This document shows, piece by piece, positions 1 to 11,129 of a stretch of 64,000 nt of DNA. Position numbers and translations under genes: made by a program. Source of the stretch: Rhina ancylostomus (Eukaryota); the NCBI GenBank assembly GCA_030265395.1, contig JARFYF010000001.1, forward strand, positions 60,507,996-60,571,995, read 5' to 3'. The number at the start of each line of letters is the position of its first letter. Within the stretch, counting starts at the first letter, position 1. The notes under the pieces are model-generated. The model was not told where the DNA came from. It did no database searches and was given only the letters and a program-made list of their open reading frames with translations.

Positions 1-270
1 GGTCGAAACCCTTCATCAGGACTGAGAGTGGAGAGGCGAGATGGCCAGTTTAGAGAGGAGAAGGGCAGTGGCAAGAAAGGATTCTGAGGCAATTGGTGAA
101 CTGAGGAGGGGTGGAAGATGACAAGCAAGTTAGTGCCAGATAGGGGAGGTGAACAGGAATGGAGGTGGAAGACTGTGGCAGGTGAATGATAGATGGAGGC
201 AGATAGGGAGAGAGAGAGGGAAAAAAAACAACAGATGGAGCAAAGTGTGGGGAGGGGAGTGTGAAGATAG
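1..270 (-). mobile_element. Penelope-like element 3' tail/pseudo-LTR remnant with hammerhead-like core
   Basis: Minus strand of 1-23 reads AGTCCTGATGAAGGGTTTCGACC (CTGATGA plus a stem closed by a TTCG loop). The purine-rich body resembles 20090-20412, which ends in a GIY-YIG-type ORF tail. Confidence 0.6.
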
Positions 271-274
271 GAGA

Positions 275-650
275 CAGCTGTCAAGCATCCATCAGTGATT
301 CCAGTTTAGTCTGAAATTGCCTCTTTGCATTTGCAATGCCGTCCGGAGGTCGTACCTGAACTTCTTATGTGACTCTGGGTTGCCAGCCTGAAATGCCACA
401 GATCTCACCCTCATCAGATTACGAATCTCCTGGTTCATCCAGAGCTTCTTATTGGGAAAAATTCAGAATGTCTTTGTGGGTCCGCACTCATCCATGCACA
501 TTCTTATGAAGTCAGTGATGACTGTGGCATATTCATTTAGGTCTGCTGATGAATCCTTGAACATGGTTCAGTCCACCAACTCGAAGCACCCCGAATTTGC
601 CCCTCCGCTTCTGCTGTCCAGCTCTTCATAGTCCTCATTGCCGGTGTTGT
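275..650 (-). mobile_element. Rex1/Babar-clade LINE ORF2 fragment (degenerate)
   Basis: Minus translation CFELVD*TMFKDSSADLNEYATVITDFIRMCMDECGPTKTF*IFPNKK/WMNQEIRNLMRVRSVAF..KFRYDLR resembles the Rex1 linker between endonuclease and RT. Contains stops and frameshifts. Confidence 0.7.
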
Positions 651-664
651 GCTGTTCGGTCTCT

Positions 665-950
665 GGTCAATAATCTGTTGAGTCCTTTGACAATCTTCCT
701 CACTCTCCACAACTTTACCAATTTTCATGTCATTTGCAAACTTGCTAATCAACCCACTTACATTTTTGTCCAAATCATTTATATATATCACAAACAACAG
801 AGATCCTAGCACTGATTCAAGCAGAACACCACTGGTCACAGACATCCACTCAGAATAATAATCCTCCACCACTATCCTTGTCTTCTATGGCCAAGCAAAT
901 TTTGAATCCAAACATGGATCCCATGTGCCTTAATCCTCTGAATCAGGCCC
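665..950 (-). mobile_element. CR1 LINE reverse transcriptase fragment
   Basis: VTSGVLLESVLGSLLFVIYINDLDKNVSGLISKFANDMKIG is a decayed CR1 GVPQGSVLGPLLF..YINDLD..SKFADDTKIG. Confidence 0.85.
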
Positions 951-1549
951 CAAATGCTACTTCCAGATGAAACAGCAATTTATTTATATTTCTTTCAGTT
1001 TAATTTGCAGTCACTGCATGTGGTGTGGTTTCCTATACACTGGGCAGGCCAAATACAGATTAGATGGCTCCTTTGTGTAATGTCTCCATTGAGTTCACTG
1101 CCATGATCTTGAGCTTTCAGTATTTTAATTCTCTGCCCTGCTCTTCCTCTGCTTTTGGCTTCCAGACTGTTCTGATGAAACACAAGGGAAAAATGTCTTT
1201 TTTTTATGAGCTACTTGCAACATTCCAAATTTTTAACAATTTCACTTAACCATTCTTTTTTGTAAATGGTGAGTGATAGACTTGTCGTATTGTCTATTGG
1301 CCTCTTCAAATTCGGTTCAGGTCATCGCAGGCAAACGAGCAGCCAGGGCAGCATGATCTGGAGTATTTCCCCCCTCCACAGATGCTGACTGGCCAGAATT
1401 TTCTACCTTTATTTCTCATTTCCACTGGTATATTTGCCTTTCAATTTTGAAATCAAGCTGTGTCCACTGTATTTGATCTGTTAATTACATTTCTGCTTCT
1501 GTTCCATTAATGGCCATGTTTCTAGTGCAAGCATAACATATTTATGAAT

Positions 1550-2303
1550 TGTTACAGATTAGGTTACTATTTGGTGAATGTCCCTTTAAGACATAGTACA
1601 GTTGTGTGTGTGTGTGTGGCGTTATTACGACAACAACAGAAGATAATGACATGCTGACATTTTGGTTCAGTCAGAGTCAGAGAGGAGAAGAGAGAGAGAG
1701 AGAGACATTGACTGCTGGTCTCGGTATCAATGGATGAGAAACAATAACTGTCTGTCACTACAATCCACATTTCCATTTTTGGAATAAAGCCAAAGAAGTG
1801 GAGTCCATTTTGTTGTTAACCTGTAGTGGGAGACAGGTATTAGTGTGGACGGCCACGTCTCGAATGCCTTTCAGGGTGGCAGATACTTTGGAACNNNNNN
1901 NNNNNNNNNNNNNNNNNNNNNNNNNNNNNNNNNNNNNNNNNNNNNNNNNNNNNNNNNNNNNNNNNNNNNNNNNNNNNNNNNNNNNNNNNNNNNNATTTGG
2001 ATTTCGTAACTTCTCTCTATTCTCTCTCTATGTATTCTCTTCAGTCAGTGGTGGCTTTGCAAAAGCCTTTGCTCACATTTCACCTTATGGCTTGCTGAAC
2101 TAAACTTTGAGAACTATCCTTGGACTTGGAATTTGCCACACACACACTTCGGGTTTAGTTTGGGGGTTAATGTTTAATATCTAACATTTTTACTTCTAAC
2201 ATTCTAACATCTTTGCTTTTATTTTTTTTTCTTATCATAGGTAGTTTTTAATAAATAGTTTCTAACACTTATACATGACTTGGTTTGTTGCTGGTCCGTA
2301 ACA
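1550..2303 (+). mobile_element. Solo LTR (Gypsy-like) with 4-bp TSD; contains (GT)n and (AG)n tracts and an N gap
   Basis: Starts TGTTACAGA (1550) and ends TCCGTAACA (2303). GAAT flanks both sides (1546-1549, 2304-2307). AATAAA at about 2250. Confidence 0.8.
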
Positions 2304-2606
2304 GAATTCATAATTAATAAGGAACACTTGTTGATGTAAAATAAATTTTTAAAACCTTCTCAATATAGTGCTTGCTATAAAATTAATTCTAACAATCCTG
2401 AAGGACAGTGGTACACATTTTCCTGGAATGCCATTGGAATAAAAAATGTTGCAGTATTTATATTATATCTACACCATTTCAAGTCTGTGCAAATCTTAGT
2501 ACTGTGGACATAAAGCTTTTTGAAATATAGAACTTGGTGTCTGTTGAACTAAAGGAGATAAGATTTTTAAATACATTTATCAATGGTCTTTTTTATTGTG
2601 TTTAAG

Positions 2607-2738
2607 ATTCCACCTCCAAGCATAAACTTCACATTACCTTCTCCAATTTTGGGCATGCCATCTGTACCAATGTTTGATCCCCCTTGGGTTCCCCAGAGTA
2701 CAGGACGTGTACAGGACCCAATCAGTGAAGATCAATCT
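2607..2738 (+). CDS. UNC80: UNC80 coding exon 1 of 29 in window (IPPPSINFTLPSPILG...ISEDQS)
   Basis: tttaag|ATT...TCT|gtaagt; 132 nt, phase 0-0; peptide matches recalled vertebrate UNC80. Confidence 0.95.
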
Positions 2739-3494
2739 GTAAGTGTTTGTTCTCGTGAACAATGTTTCTTAAGAAGTCTGGTTTATATGTGTTACTAATT
2801 TCCAGTCAGCGTTATGAAGCAGTAAAGTCAATCTGGTTAATGAACTGGAGAAGAATCAATATCATTATATATACAGATCCTATCTGCAAAATCTGGCGCA
2901 CTTGGGGCAAGACTGGGAAGGGTTTTGGACAATGTGAGCATGACGTTCTGAAAGAAAATAGTACCTTGACAATGAGTTATGCTTACTTATAGCAATACTC
3001 CCTGGGCATTGGAGTATGAGCTCTTTGACCTGATTGAAATAGCAAAAAGCATGGCTTGTAACAGAGGATGAGTGGTAATGGGAATACCTGGTCAGATTGA
3101 GGGTCATTCCAGTTGACTTAGGACTTGAGAACTTGATCGGCATGCTTACTGTAAACAAAAGGATGAAACCATTTAGCACTTAGCTATTTAGCCATGGAGT
3201 TGACTTTCTATTGAGTACCTCTTTTTCTGCTTTAAAACCAATGTTCTTGCTTTCCCTCCCACTTCCAGACATGCTGATGACCTCCCACTCACCCCTTTTC
3301 CCTTCATTCCCCCATCCCCACATGATATCCCTACGCCATTTGGGATTAGCATAATGGGCCAAAAAAAAACAGAGTGGATGTGACAGGCAGAAGGGCCTGT
3401 TATGGGCACATAATGTGGTCATAGAGTCATGGAGCACAATGTCTGGTCCACTGTTGTACAATAAGGAAATGTAACCACTTTTCATATCATAACA

Positions 3495-4125
3495 AAGGCA
3501 TGTGGCATACTTGCCTTCAGCAATTGGGGTGTTGAGTATAAAAGTCAGGAAGTCATGTTGCAGCTGTATAAAACTTTAGTTAGGCCTCATTGGGAGTATT
3601 GTGTCAAGTTCTGGTCGTCGCATTACAGGAAGCATGTGGAGGCTTTGGAGACGGTGCAGTAGGGGTTTACCAGGAGGTTGCCTGGATTAGGGAGTATTAG
3701 CTATAAGGAGAGGTTGGACTAACTTGGATTGTTTTCTCTGGAGCGTCAGAGGCTGAGGGGCAACCTGAGAGAAGTATGCAAGATTATAGATAGAGTAGCT
3801 TGTTAGACTCTTTTACCCAGGGTGGAAATGTCAAATATTAGAGAATACAGTTTTCAGCTAAGGCTGGGGGGTGGGGGGGCGGTGGGTGGTATAAAGGAGA
3901 TGTATGAGGCTTGTTTTTTACATGGTGAGCACTGCCAGGTGAAGTGGTGGAAGCAGATATGATAGCAACATTTAAGAGGCATTTAGACAAGCACATGAAC
4001 AGGCAGGGAATGGAGGAATGTAGACCATGTGCAGGCAGATGGGATTCTTTTCAGTTGGCTTCATGGTTGGCATAGACTCTGTGGGTCGAAAGGCCTGTTC
4101 CTGTGCTGTACTGTTCTATTTTTTA
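3495..4125 (+). mobile_element. CR1 LINE 3' end
   Basis: Encodes LYKTLVRPH.EYCV.FWS.HYRK-like ORF2 C-terminus, then the tail GGGTCGAAAGGCCTGTTCCTGTGCTGTACTGTTCTAT. Confidence 0.85.
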
Positions 4126-4210
4126 TAATCAACAAAATACTTAAAACTATTGATATGCTCCAGAATTGTATCATTTGCTTTTAATTATCTTAACCCACAA
4201 TCTTTTACAG

Positions 4211-4397
4211 AAATCCTTTTCAGCTCGTGCAGTTTCCCGATCTCATCAGCGAGCTGAGCATATTTTGAAGAACTTGCAGCAGGAAGAGGAGAAGAAGCGA
4301 CTGGGTAGAGAAGCCAGCCTGATTACAGCCATTCCCATCACACAAGAAGCGTGCTATGAACCCATTAACACTCCACCACCTGAAGTGGAGGAAGAAG
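4211..4397 (+). CDS. UNC80: UNC80 exon 2 (KSFSARAVSRSHQRAEHILK...PPPEVEEE)
   Basis: ttacag|AAA...GAAG|gtaaca; 187 nt, phase 0-1. Confidence 0.96.
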
Positions 4398-5449
4398 GTA
4401 ACATCTGTTCAATCATTAACCAGTTCCTCAGTAATGTTTAAAAATGAAAGTATTGAAAAATGTAATTTTCTTTTTGTGAAAGATCACGGTAGTCCTCAAC
4501 TACACTACTATGCCCAGTTTCAATATGTCTCATAAAAAGGCCGCAAGGTAAAAAAGCATAGGCATGAAAGCTAAATTACATTTACTTAGTACAATATGCT
4601 CGAAAATATTAAAGGTTATGAAGAGATTGAATTGAGGTGTTCAAAATCAAGAAGAGATTAGAGACCATCTTTGTGGAATAGACTTTGTGTTAAGCAAAGT
4701 AGAGGCCCAGAGGACTTTGTATATCTTGCAATGATATGGAGATAGTTTAGATGCCACAAGATTTAACTTTTCAGAAGATCATTAACCTGTTTAAAAACAA
4801 GCTCCTGGCTTGCAGAATGATTGAAGGTTTGCTTCAAATGAATTCAATCAAATAATATCCAGTATGTTTCCTTTCTCTGNNNNNNNNNNNNNNNNNNNNN
4901 NNNNNNNNNNNNAGGTTCCATGAATTTGAGTGCTGAGTGTATGGATTATGATATAACTTGCACCAAGGTAACAGGGGATCGGCTTGACGTGTCTATGATT
5001 CATGCTTCCTCCTCAAATTGTGCTGTTTATAGCCCCCTCTAATAGAATCAAGTGAAGTCACTTAAATTAATAAAGACTTGCAATTTCCAAACAAGTTTCA
5101 CTGTAAAATGCACTGAAAAGCTTATCCTTTGCTAAATTGGGGTGTGAAATCTTTTTATGGTGTGCTGTCAGACTATGCCTTGGCACACTTCCTGCCCCTA
5201 AAAAGATTTTTATTTATACGATATTATGATTTGTTCAAAAATAAATATATTAAGATACAGTAGATTTTAAGATTTTTTAGTGTTTTAATAACTTCATGAT
5301 ATTTGAGTTTGTCCCTTAATTGAGTGAGCTCCAATCTTTATTTAAAGCACCATAAAATACTTAAAAGCTTGAATGCAAATTTTGCCTTTTCCTTCCTGGC
5401 ACACTCATTGTAAAGAATTCTTTAAAGTGGTTTACTTGTCAATCAGCTT

Positions 5450-5910
5450 AATGCCATTGCAACTGCTGGGTTTCAGGAGTTGAGGCTAACTTGTCTCCAC
5501 AACATTTCTGTGACTTCTGAGGTGACAAATAAATCCTATGTGAGATCCACAGACTCAGCCATGGATGAGGCAGAACTTGGTGAGGTGGGTGAGTGGGTTG
5601 TTGGGATTGCTGTGTGCTCCTTCCTGTTTGCATTTGGCCTCCTTATATTCCCATTGAGAGAGATCTGAAGAGCACAATGATTCTCTGCAAGCTTGAGCAG
5701 TCATGAGCCAGGAAATCTCATGAGTTTGTCAGGGTGTTGCAGGTCTTTAAGGAAGTTTGAGGATTTCCTTGGAAGTGTTTTCTCCTCGGAATCTTTTGTC
5801 ATGATAGAGCTTGGAGTGGAGTTCATTGTTGGGCATGTGGTGGTATGGCCTGTCCATTGGAGCTGGTTGAGTGTGATCAGAACCTTGATGTTGGCTTGGG
5901 AAGGGGTGCT
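5450..5910 (-). mobile_element. RTE-clade LINE 3' end (degenerate)
   Basis: Minus strand gives ..LITLNQLQWTGH.. and a terminal VCGSHIGFICHLRSH zinc-finger-like motif typical of RTE ORF ends. Confidence 0.65.
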
Positions 5911-6294
5911 GGTATTAGTACTTGATATCTATCCTATCACAAGTAATTTCTTGCTCCATTTTTTCCCTCCAGGAAGGCCTAACTGCATAGCAGTTGGCTA
6001 AAGATTCAAATTTGTGTCTTTTTATTCCAGACCTATGAGCACTACAATCCTAAAGTGTAGTAGCAAGTTTTACCAGCAATAAGTTTTCATTGCTTTCATA
6101 TAGGCCACAAGACTGCTGCTCCCTGACACCACCTCAGATATCATTGGACTTCCATTATATGCACAGTAAACAGAGTTCTCCATTACTTTATAAGGAGTCA
6201 ATAATGGTTGCCAAAAGCTTAATTTTTCAAAATTATTTTTGAGAAAAATCAGACAAAATTGAATAACTGTCCTTATCTGTAACCACTGTAGTGA

Positions 6295-6314
6295 ATATAT
6301 ATATATATATATAT
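6295..6314. repeat. (AT)n microsatellite
   Basis: About 10 AT units. Confidence 0.9.
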
Positions 6315-6440
6315 GTATTGTTTTTGTAATAACCTGTTAAATACATGAAAAACTGTATAAGCAGTTGTGTTTGTATCTTAAAGATGTTTATTTTAATATA
6401 CTTACTAGCTTACAAGTCAGAATTTGATCTCTTTTTGCAG

Positions 6441-6572
6441 CGGAGGATGCGACAAACCTAGCTTCCCGTCGGCTGTCAGTTAGTCCATCTTGCACATCCA
6501 GTACCTCCCATAGGAATTACTCATTACGCCGTGGCTCTGTGTGGTCAGTGCGATCAGCGGTCAGTGCTGAAG
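6441..6572 (+). CDS. UNC80: UNC80 exon 3 (AEDATNLASRRLSVSPSCTSSTSHRNYSLRRGSVWSVRSAVSAE)
   Basis: ttgcag|CG...GAAG|gtaaat; 132 nt, phase 1-1. Confidence 0.96.
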
Positions 6573-6710
6573 GTAAATGGTAGCCATCAGTTAACTTGTG
6601 AATGACTAGGAAATGGCTGTATTATTGTATGTCCTCATGTGTGAAGATCTTAATTCTTCAATTCTTTAAAATCTTAATGAGTGGGATCAGTATCTTTTTT
6701 GTGTGTGCAG

Positions 6711-6854
6711 ACGAAGAAGATGCTACAGAGAACACTCCAACACATCATGTACTGCAGCCTCCCCAAGCTGTATTTCCTGCATGCATTTGTGCCACTGTGC
6801 TCCCAATTGTTCATCTCATGGAGGATGGAGAAGTACGAGAAGATGGTGTGGCAG
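6711..6854 (+). CDS. UNC80: UNC80 exon 4 (DEEDATENTPTHH...GEVREDGVA)
   Basis: gtgcag|AC...GCAG|gtacct; 144 nt, phase 1-1. Confidence 0.96.
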
Positions 6855-7059
6855 GTACCTTTTATCTTGTCTTGGTTAGCTGCTCATTGAAGCAAACAAG
6901 TTTTTAAACTAAATCAGAACTATAGAAGTTTTTTAGAAATTAATATTTTAAGCTCCACATTGAATATCATAAAATATTTATCATTTGGTTGCATTCTTGA
7001 GTTAGATGGTTATGAATTGCACCCTAGATTTGAGTCCAAAAATTTAAGGTGAGATTGAA

Positions 7060-7950
7060 AAACAAAAATCTGCAGATGCTGGAAATATGTTCAGTGTGCT
7101 GATTCAATTTCTCCTCCAGACAGATTAGTTGAAATTTACAATCACCCTGTCTCAGCTAGTACCACCACCTTTTGTGTCATTCATTGTCCCTTGGTCTTCA
7201 CCCCATCGTTTCTTTTTGTTCTCTCGATCCTTTCCCCTTCTCTGCAACCCAAAACATGTTTGACTTGTAGTTTTTCCTAGTTCAAGTTAAAATTCAGCTT
7301 TATTGCTGTAATAGCTGAACATAAACAAGATATAAATGCCATGAAAATTAGCTTATTGCAACAGCAGCATGGTATAGTGTAAGATGCGGATAAACATAAA
7401 TTCACAAATTTAAATTAGCATAACTTATATATACATAACTTGTAATGAAAGGCCCTCAACTTGAAAGGTTGTGCAGGACAGAGTGCAGGGGAGATTCACC
7501 AGGCTGTTGCCTGGATTGCAGGACTTTATTATGGGGAGAAGTTAGATAGGCTGAGTTTGTTTTCCCTGGAGGGAAGGAGACTGAGAGGTGAGCTGATAGA
7601 AATATATATGATTATGAAAGACACAGGGTAGACAGTCAAAATCCTTTCCCCAAAGTAGGAGTATCAAAAACTCAAGTGCTTCACATACAGTGACAACCAT
7701 ATCCCTCTGAACATCACCATCTTTCAAACTCTCACTATTTATAAAAAAAAACACCTTACTATTTTTTCTATTAAAGTGCATGATGTCAAAATTTTCACAT
7801 ATTATATTCCATTCCATATATTACATCTCCTGTGTCTTTGCCCATTTTAACCTGTGTATGTTCCCCTGTAGCCTCTTTGCACCTTCTGCACAGCCTATGT
7901 TGCCACCAATTTCTCCCCAACCAGTTGAGTATTTCCAGTAATTTCTGTTT
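7060..7950. mobile_element. Nested cluster: Penelope-like tail with Rex1-tail and CR1 fragments (+ 7470-7680, - 7690-7910)
   Basis: 7230-7285 is the reverse complement of the repeat at about 48425-48480. CR1 motifs GAGACTGAGAGGTGAGCTGATAGA (+) and MEWNIICENFDIMHFNRKN (-). Confidence 0.6.
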
Positions 7951-7954
7951 TAAA

Positions 7955-8300
7955 TTGACATATTAACATGGTGCTGAGGGACTGTTGTACTATGACAATG
8001 CTGTTTATCAAATGAGGTGTTAAGCCTTCTCTTTAAGGTAGGAAATAAAGCCTCCCTTAGATTATTTCATAGAAGAACAACGCATTTATTCCTGATGTTC
8101 TGGCCAATATTTATTCTTAAATCGATGTACCACAGAAGTTTGTATGATGCAAAGTTGTTGTTTATGAGAACTTACTGTGCACAGTTTGGCTACTAGGTTT
8201 CTTTCTTTACAACAATAACATTATTTGAAAAGTACTCATTTTAAGCTCAAAGGAGCAGCCAAAGGTGGCGAAGAACACTTCATAAATGTCTTTTAAATCA
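7955..8300 (+). mobile_element. Deu-domain SINE (SacSINE1/AmnSINE1-like) body and tail
   Basis: GGTGCTGAGGGACTGTTG..AATGAGGTGTTAAGCC..GTTCTGGCCAATATTTATTC..CTGTGCACAGTTTGGCT..AAAAGTACTCATT follows the recalled DeuSINE consensus. Confidence 0.65.
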
Positions 8301-8799
8301 CTTGATTTAACAAAATTTCTTTATTGTGCCAGGGAACTTATTTCATTCATAAAGTCTTCAAATCTTAAGGCTACACATTTTTAATGAAACCTTTCATTTT
8401 TATTGCCAAAAAGTTTAAAGTTTCTTTAAGACAGTGCCATTTATCTCTATCAAGCCATCTCATTTTTATCATTGTTACAGCCTCAATTTAAAATAACTTT
8501 ACAAATCTGCAGTGATGGGGAAAGCCTTTCTATTTGGCAATGTGGATTCCAAAATTACAACTGTTATGTGGGACAGGTGAATAATTGTCCATCGATAATA
8601 ATAATGTTTATACCTTCATTTAATGCTACACTGCACAGATACTTAACAGCAGCTTGCATTTCTCTTGTTCTGCACTGATTGCAATGTACCAAAGTGTGCT
8701 CTGTAGAAATGTAATCAGACTTAATTCAACCTTGAATCAAAGAAGGAACAAAATAGGTTTAATAAGTACTTCTGTGAAACTAGACCCCATTTCTTGTCA

Positions 8800-9030
8800 T
8801 GTAGAGTCATAGAGCTATACAGCACAGATACAGGCCCTTCAACCCAATGAGTCCATGCCAACCATGGTGCCTACCCATCTGGTCCCAATTTCATACGTTC
8901 GGCCCATATCCCTCTCAGCCCTGCCCCTCCATGTACCTCTGCATGCACCTATCCAAGTACTTCTTAAATTATACTATTGTAGCAGCCTCAACCACTTCCT
9001 CTGGCAGCTCATTCCATATAGTCACCACAC
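8800..9030 (-). mobile_element. CR1 3' tail
   Basis: ATAGAGCTATACAGCACAGATACAGGCCCTTCAACCCA is the reverse complement of the CR1 tail. Confidence 0.8.
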
Positions 9031-9129
9031 TGCAGACAGGGCCAAGGGCAGGTCTTTAGGGCATTCCAGATGTAATTATGCACAGCAGAAAGAGAAACTA
9101 TTGCTGTAGATTCTTTGCTTGGATAGACT

Positions 9130-9700
9130 AGAGGAAGGCATTTGTTGCTTTATTAGGACGCTCAATACTGTTGTGGGGTAGAAATCTGACCAGAAAAGCT
9201 ATGAAGTTGGCTGGAAAAGTTGGTCATTAATAAATTTGGGAAGTTTCAGCATTTTTAAGGACTTTGAAGAGTAAAGGGAGAGCAGAAAATTGGCAAATAC
9301 ATTGGTCCAGGTCAGGTATTTTTTTTGAGGAAGAGAGCCAGAAATACAAGTTGGATGGCCAAAAGAATGAAAGCTGGAGATGGATACCTTGGACAAGATG
9401 AGCACAGAAGAGCAATTGGATGGAAGGGGGTTGTTAGTTTGGAATGGTCATGATAGTGGAGAGAGAAAAGAAATTAGAAAATGTGACTGGTTTCAGAGTA
9501 AGAATTAGAAAAACCTGAGGGAGGTCTGTGGATGTACAAAGCACAGAGGCCAGTGGTAATTGATCACTGCAAGGAGTTTCAGTACTCCATCCTGTTTAGT
9601 GAGAGGAATGTCTGGAAGCAAGACCTTGGATTTTACTTTAGCCCAGAGAGTCAGTTTCAGTAAGCTGGTTGGATTCTATCATTATGCAGAACTTCAGAGC
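9130..9700 (-). mobile_element. L2-clade LINE RT fragment (old)
   Basis: KKIPDLDQCICQFSALPLLFKVLKNAETSQI resembles KKP.LDP..LANYRPISNLPFLSKVLE.VV.SQ. Confidence 0.5.
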
Positions 9701-10648
9701 ACACAGGCAAAATTGGTTACCATATTTACTTGTTTAGAAAAACATCCTTTATGCTAATGACTGAAATGTAGGGCTCCCTTTTCACAGATCCACAAGGCTT
9801 CTACACAAGTAAGCCCAGTTATTTACATATGTTAGGCAATGATTGCTAGACCCTTGTGGTCCTAAACTCTGGAAGCACCTGTAATGGTCAGGATTAGCTG
9901 AAAAAAGTACAGTCTTTCATGCAGGTGGGGATTGTAAATCATGATTGGTGGCTGTAATTGAACGAGGATTCAGAATGATCAAAAGATTATTCCATTATTT
10001 TGTTGTTGGATGTGTACGTAGCACATAGGCTTAGGAACTGGACTGGAATCCGAATATTTGGATTACAGGTCTGGACGTTTGAATCTCCCCACAGCTGGGG
10101 AGCTTGAACTAATGGATTAAATGATGTACCCTATTGTCCTTTGTGGAAGGAAAACTGCCAATTTTATCTGACCTATGTGTGATCTGGACCTATTAAAGTG
10201 ACCACTCTTTATTGCCCTCTTGAAATGACCAAGCAAGCTATTCAGTTAAAAGGACAAGTAAGGTTAAACAATAATTGCTGGAGTTTTTTAGTATGTTCAC
10301 ATTCTTTATAGAAATTTAAACCAAAATAATTTAGTCCTCCACTTTATACTCAACATCATAAAAACAAGAAAAAGTAGAAGATTGACCTTGCCTGAGTTTG
10401 AAGTTTCTGTGGCCCTCTAAAACATGGAGCCCACATTTTCTGCTTCATGGAGCAATTAGGGCAGAAAATATTGGAAATTCAGATGCAAGTTATTCGGATG
10501 ACTTCCCACTGACCTGTATTAGCAAGGTCAACAGGGAAGGTCACCAGCCTTGTTAATTACACTGTACCAATTTCTTTCCTTTAAGGCTCATTAATGATAA
10601 AATTATAACTTTCATGCTTAATATTAGTCTGTGATACTTTCCTTTTAG

Positions 10649-10749
10649 TGAGTGCAGTAGCACAACAGGTCTTGTGGAACTGTTTGATTGAAGACCCCGC
10701 ACTTGTTTTGCGCCATTTTCTGGAGAAGCTCACCATCAGTAACCGTCAG
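10649..10749 (+). CDS. UNC80: UNC80 exon 5 (VSAVAQQVLWNCLIEDPALVLRHFLEKLTISNRQ)
   Basis: ttttag|TG...CAG|gtatct; 101 nt, phase 1-0. Confidence 0.96.
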
Positions 10750-10869
10750 GTATCTAATTTACTTAAAACTGAGAACTTAATGTATTTTGCATCTATTTTG
10801 GGTTGTTTCTCATAATCCCAGCATGGTAGCTGTGTAAGCTGGTTTAAAAACTTGATTTTCAAAATAAGG

Positions 10870-11045
10870 CTGTTGCCTGGATTGGAGGACTTTCGTTATA
10901 GGGAGAGTCTGGATGGGCTGGATTTGTTTTCCCAGGAGCAAAGGAGGCTGAAGGGTGGCCTGATAGAAGTATATGTAATTATAAAAGGCATAGATGGGGT
11001 TGATAGTCATAATCTATTATAGAAGTATACAAAACAAGAGGACAG
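10870..11045 (+). mobile_element. CR1 3' fragment
   Basis: GGAGCAAAGGAGGCTGAAGGGTGGCCTGATAGAAGTATAT. Confidence 0.8.
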
Positions 11046-11129
11046 TATCTCACCTGTGGTACTTTCCAGAATCAACTGCACCTTATAGCTGAGCTATTGC
11101 AATTTAGCTGCAATACTGGCATCCACAAA

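Noticed and set aside
537-872. 111-aa minus ORF with RT-like start
   Set aside because: Chance fusion of a CR1 RT fragment with a Rex1 fragment; the catalytic motif is decayed (FAND).
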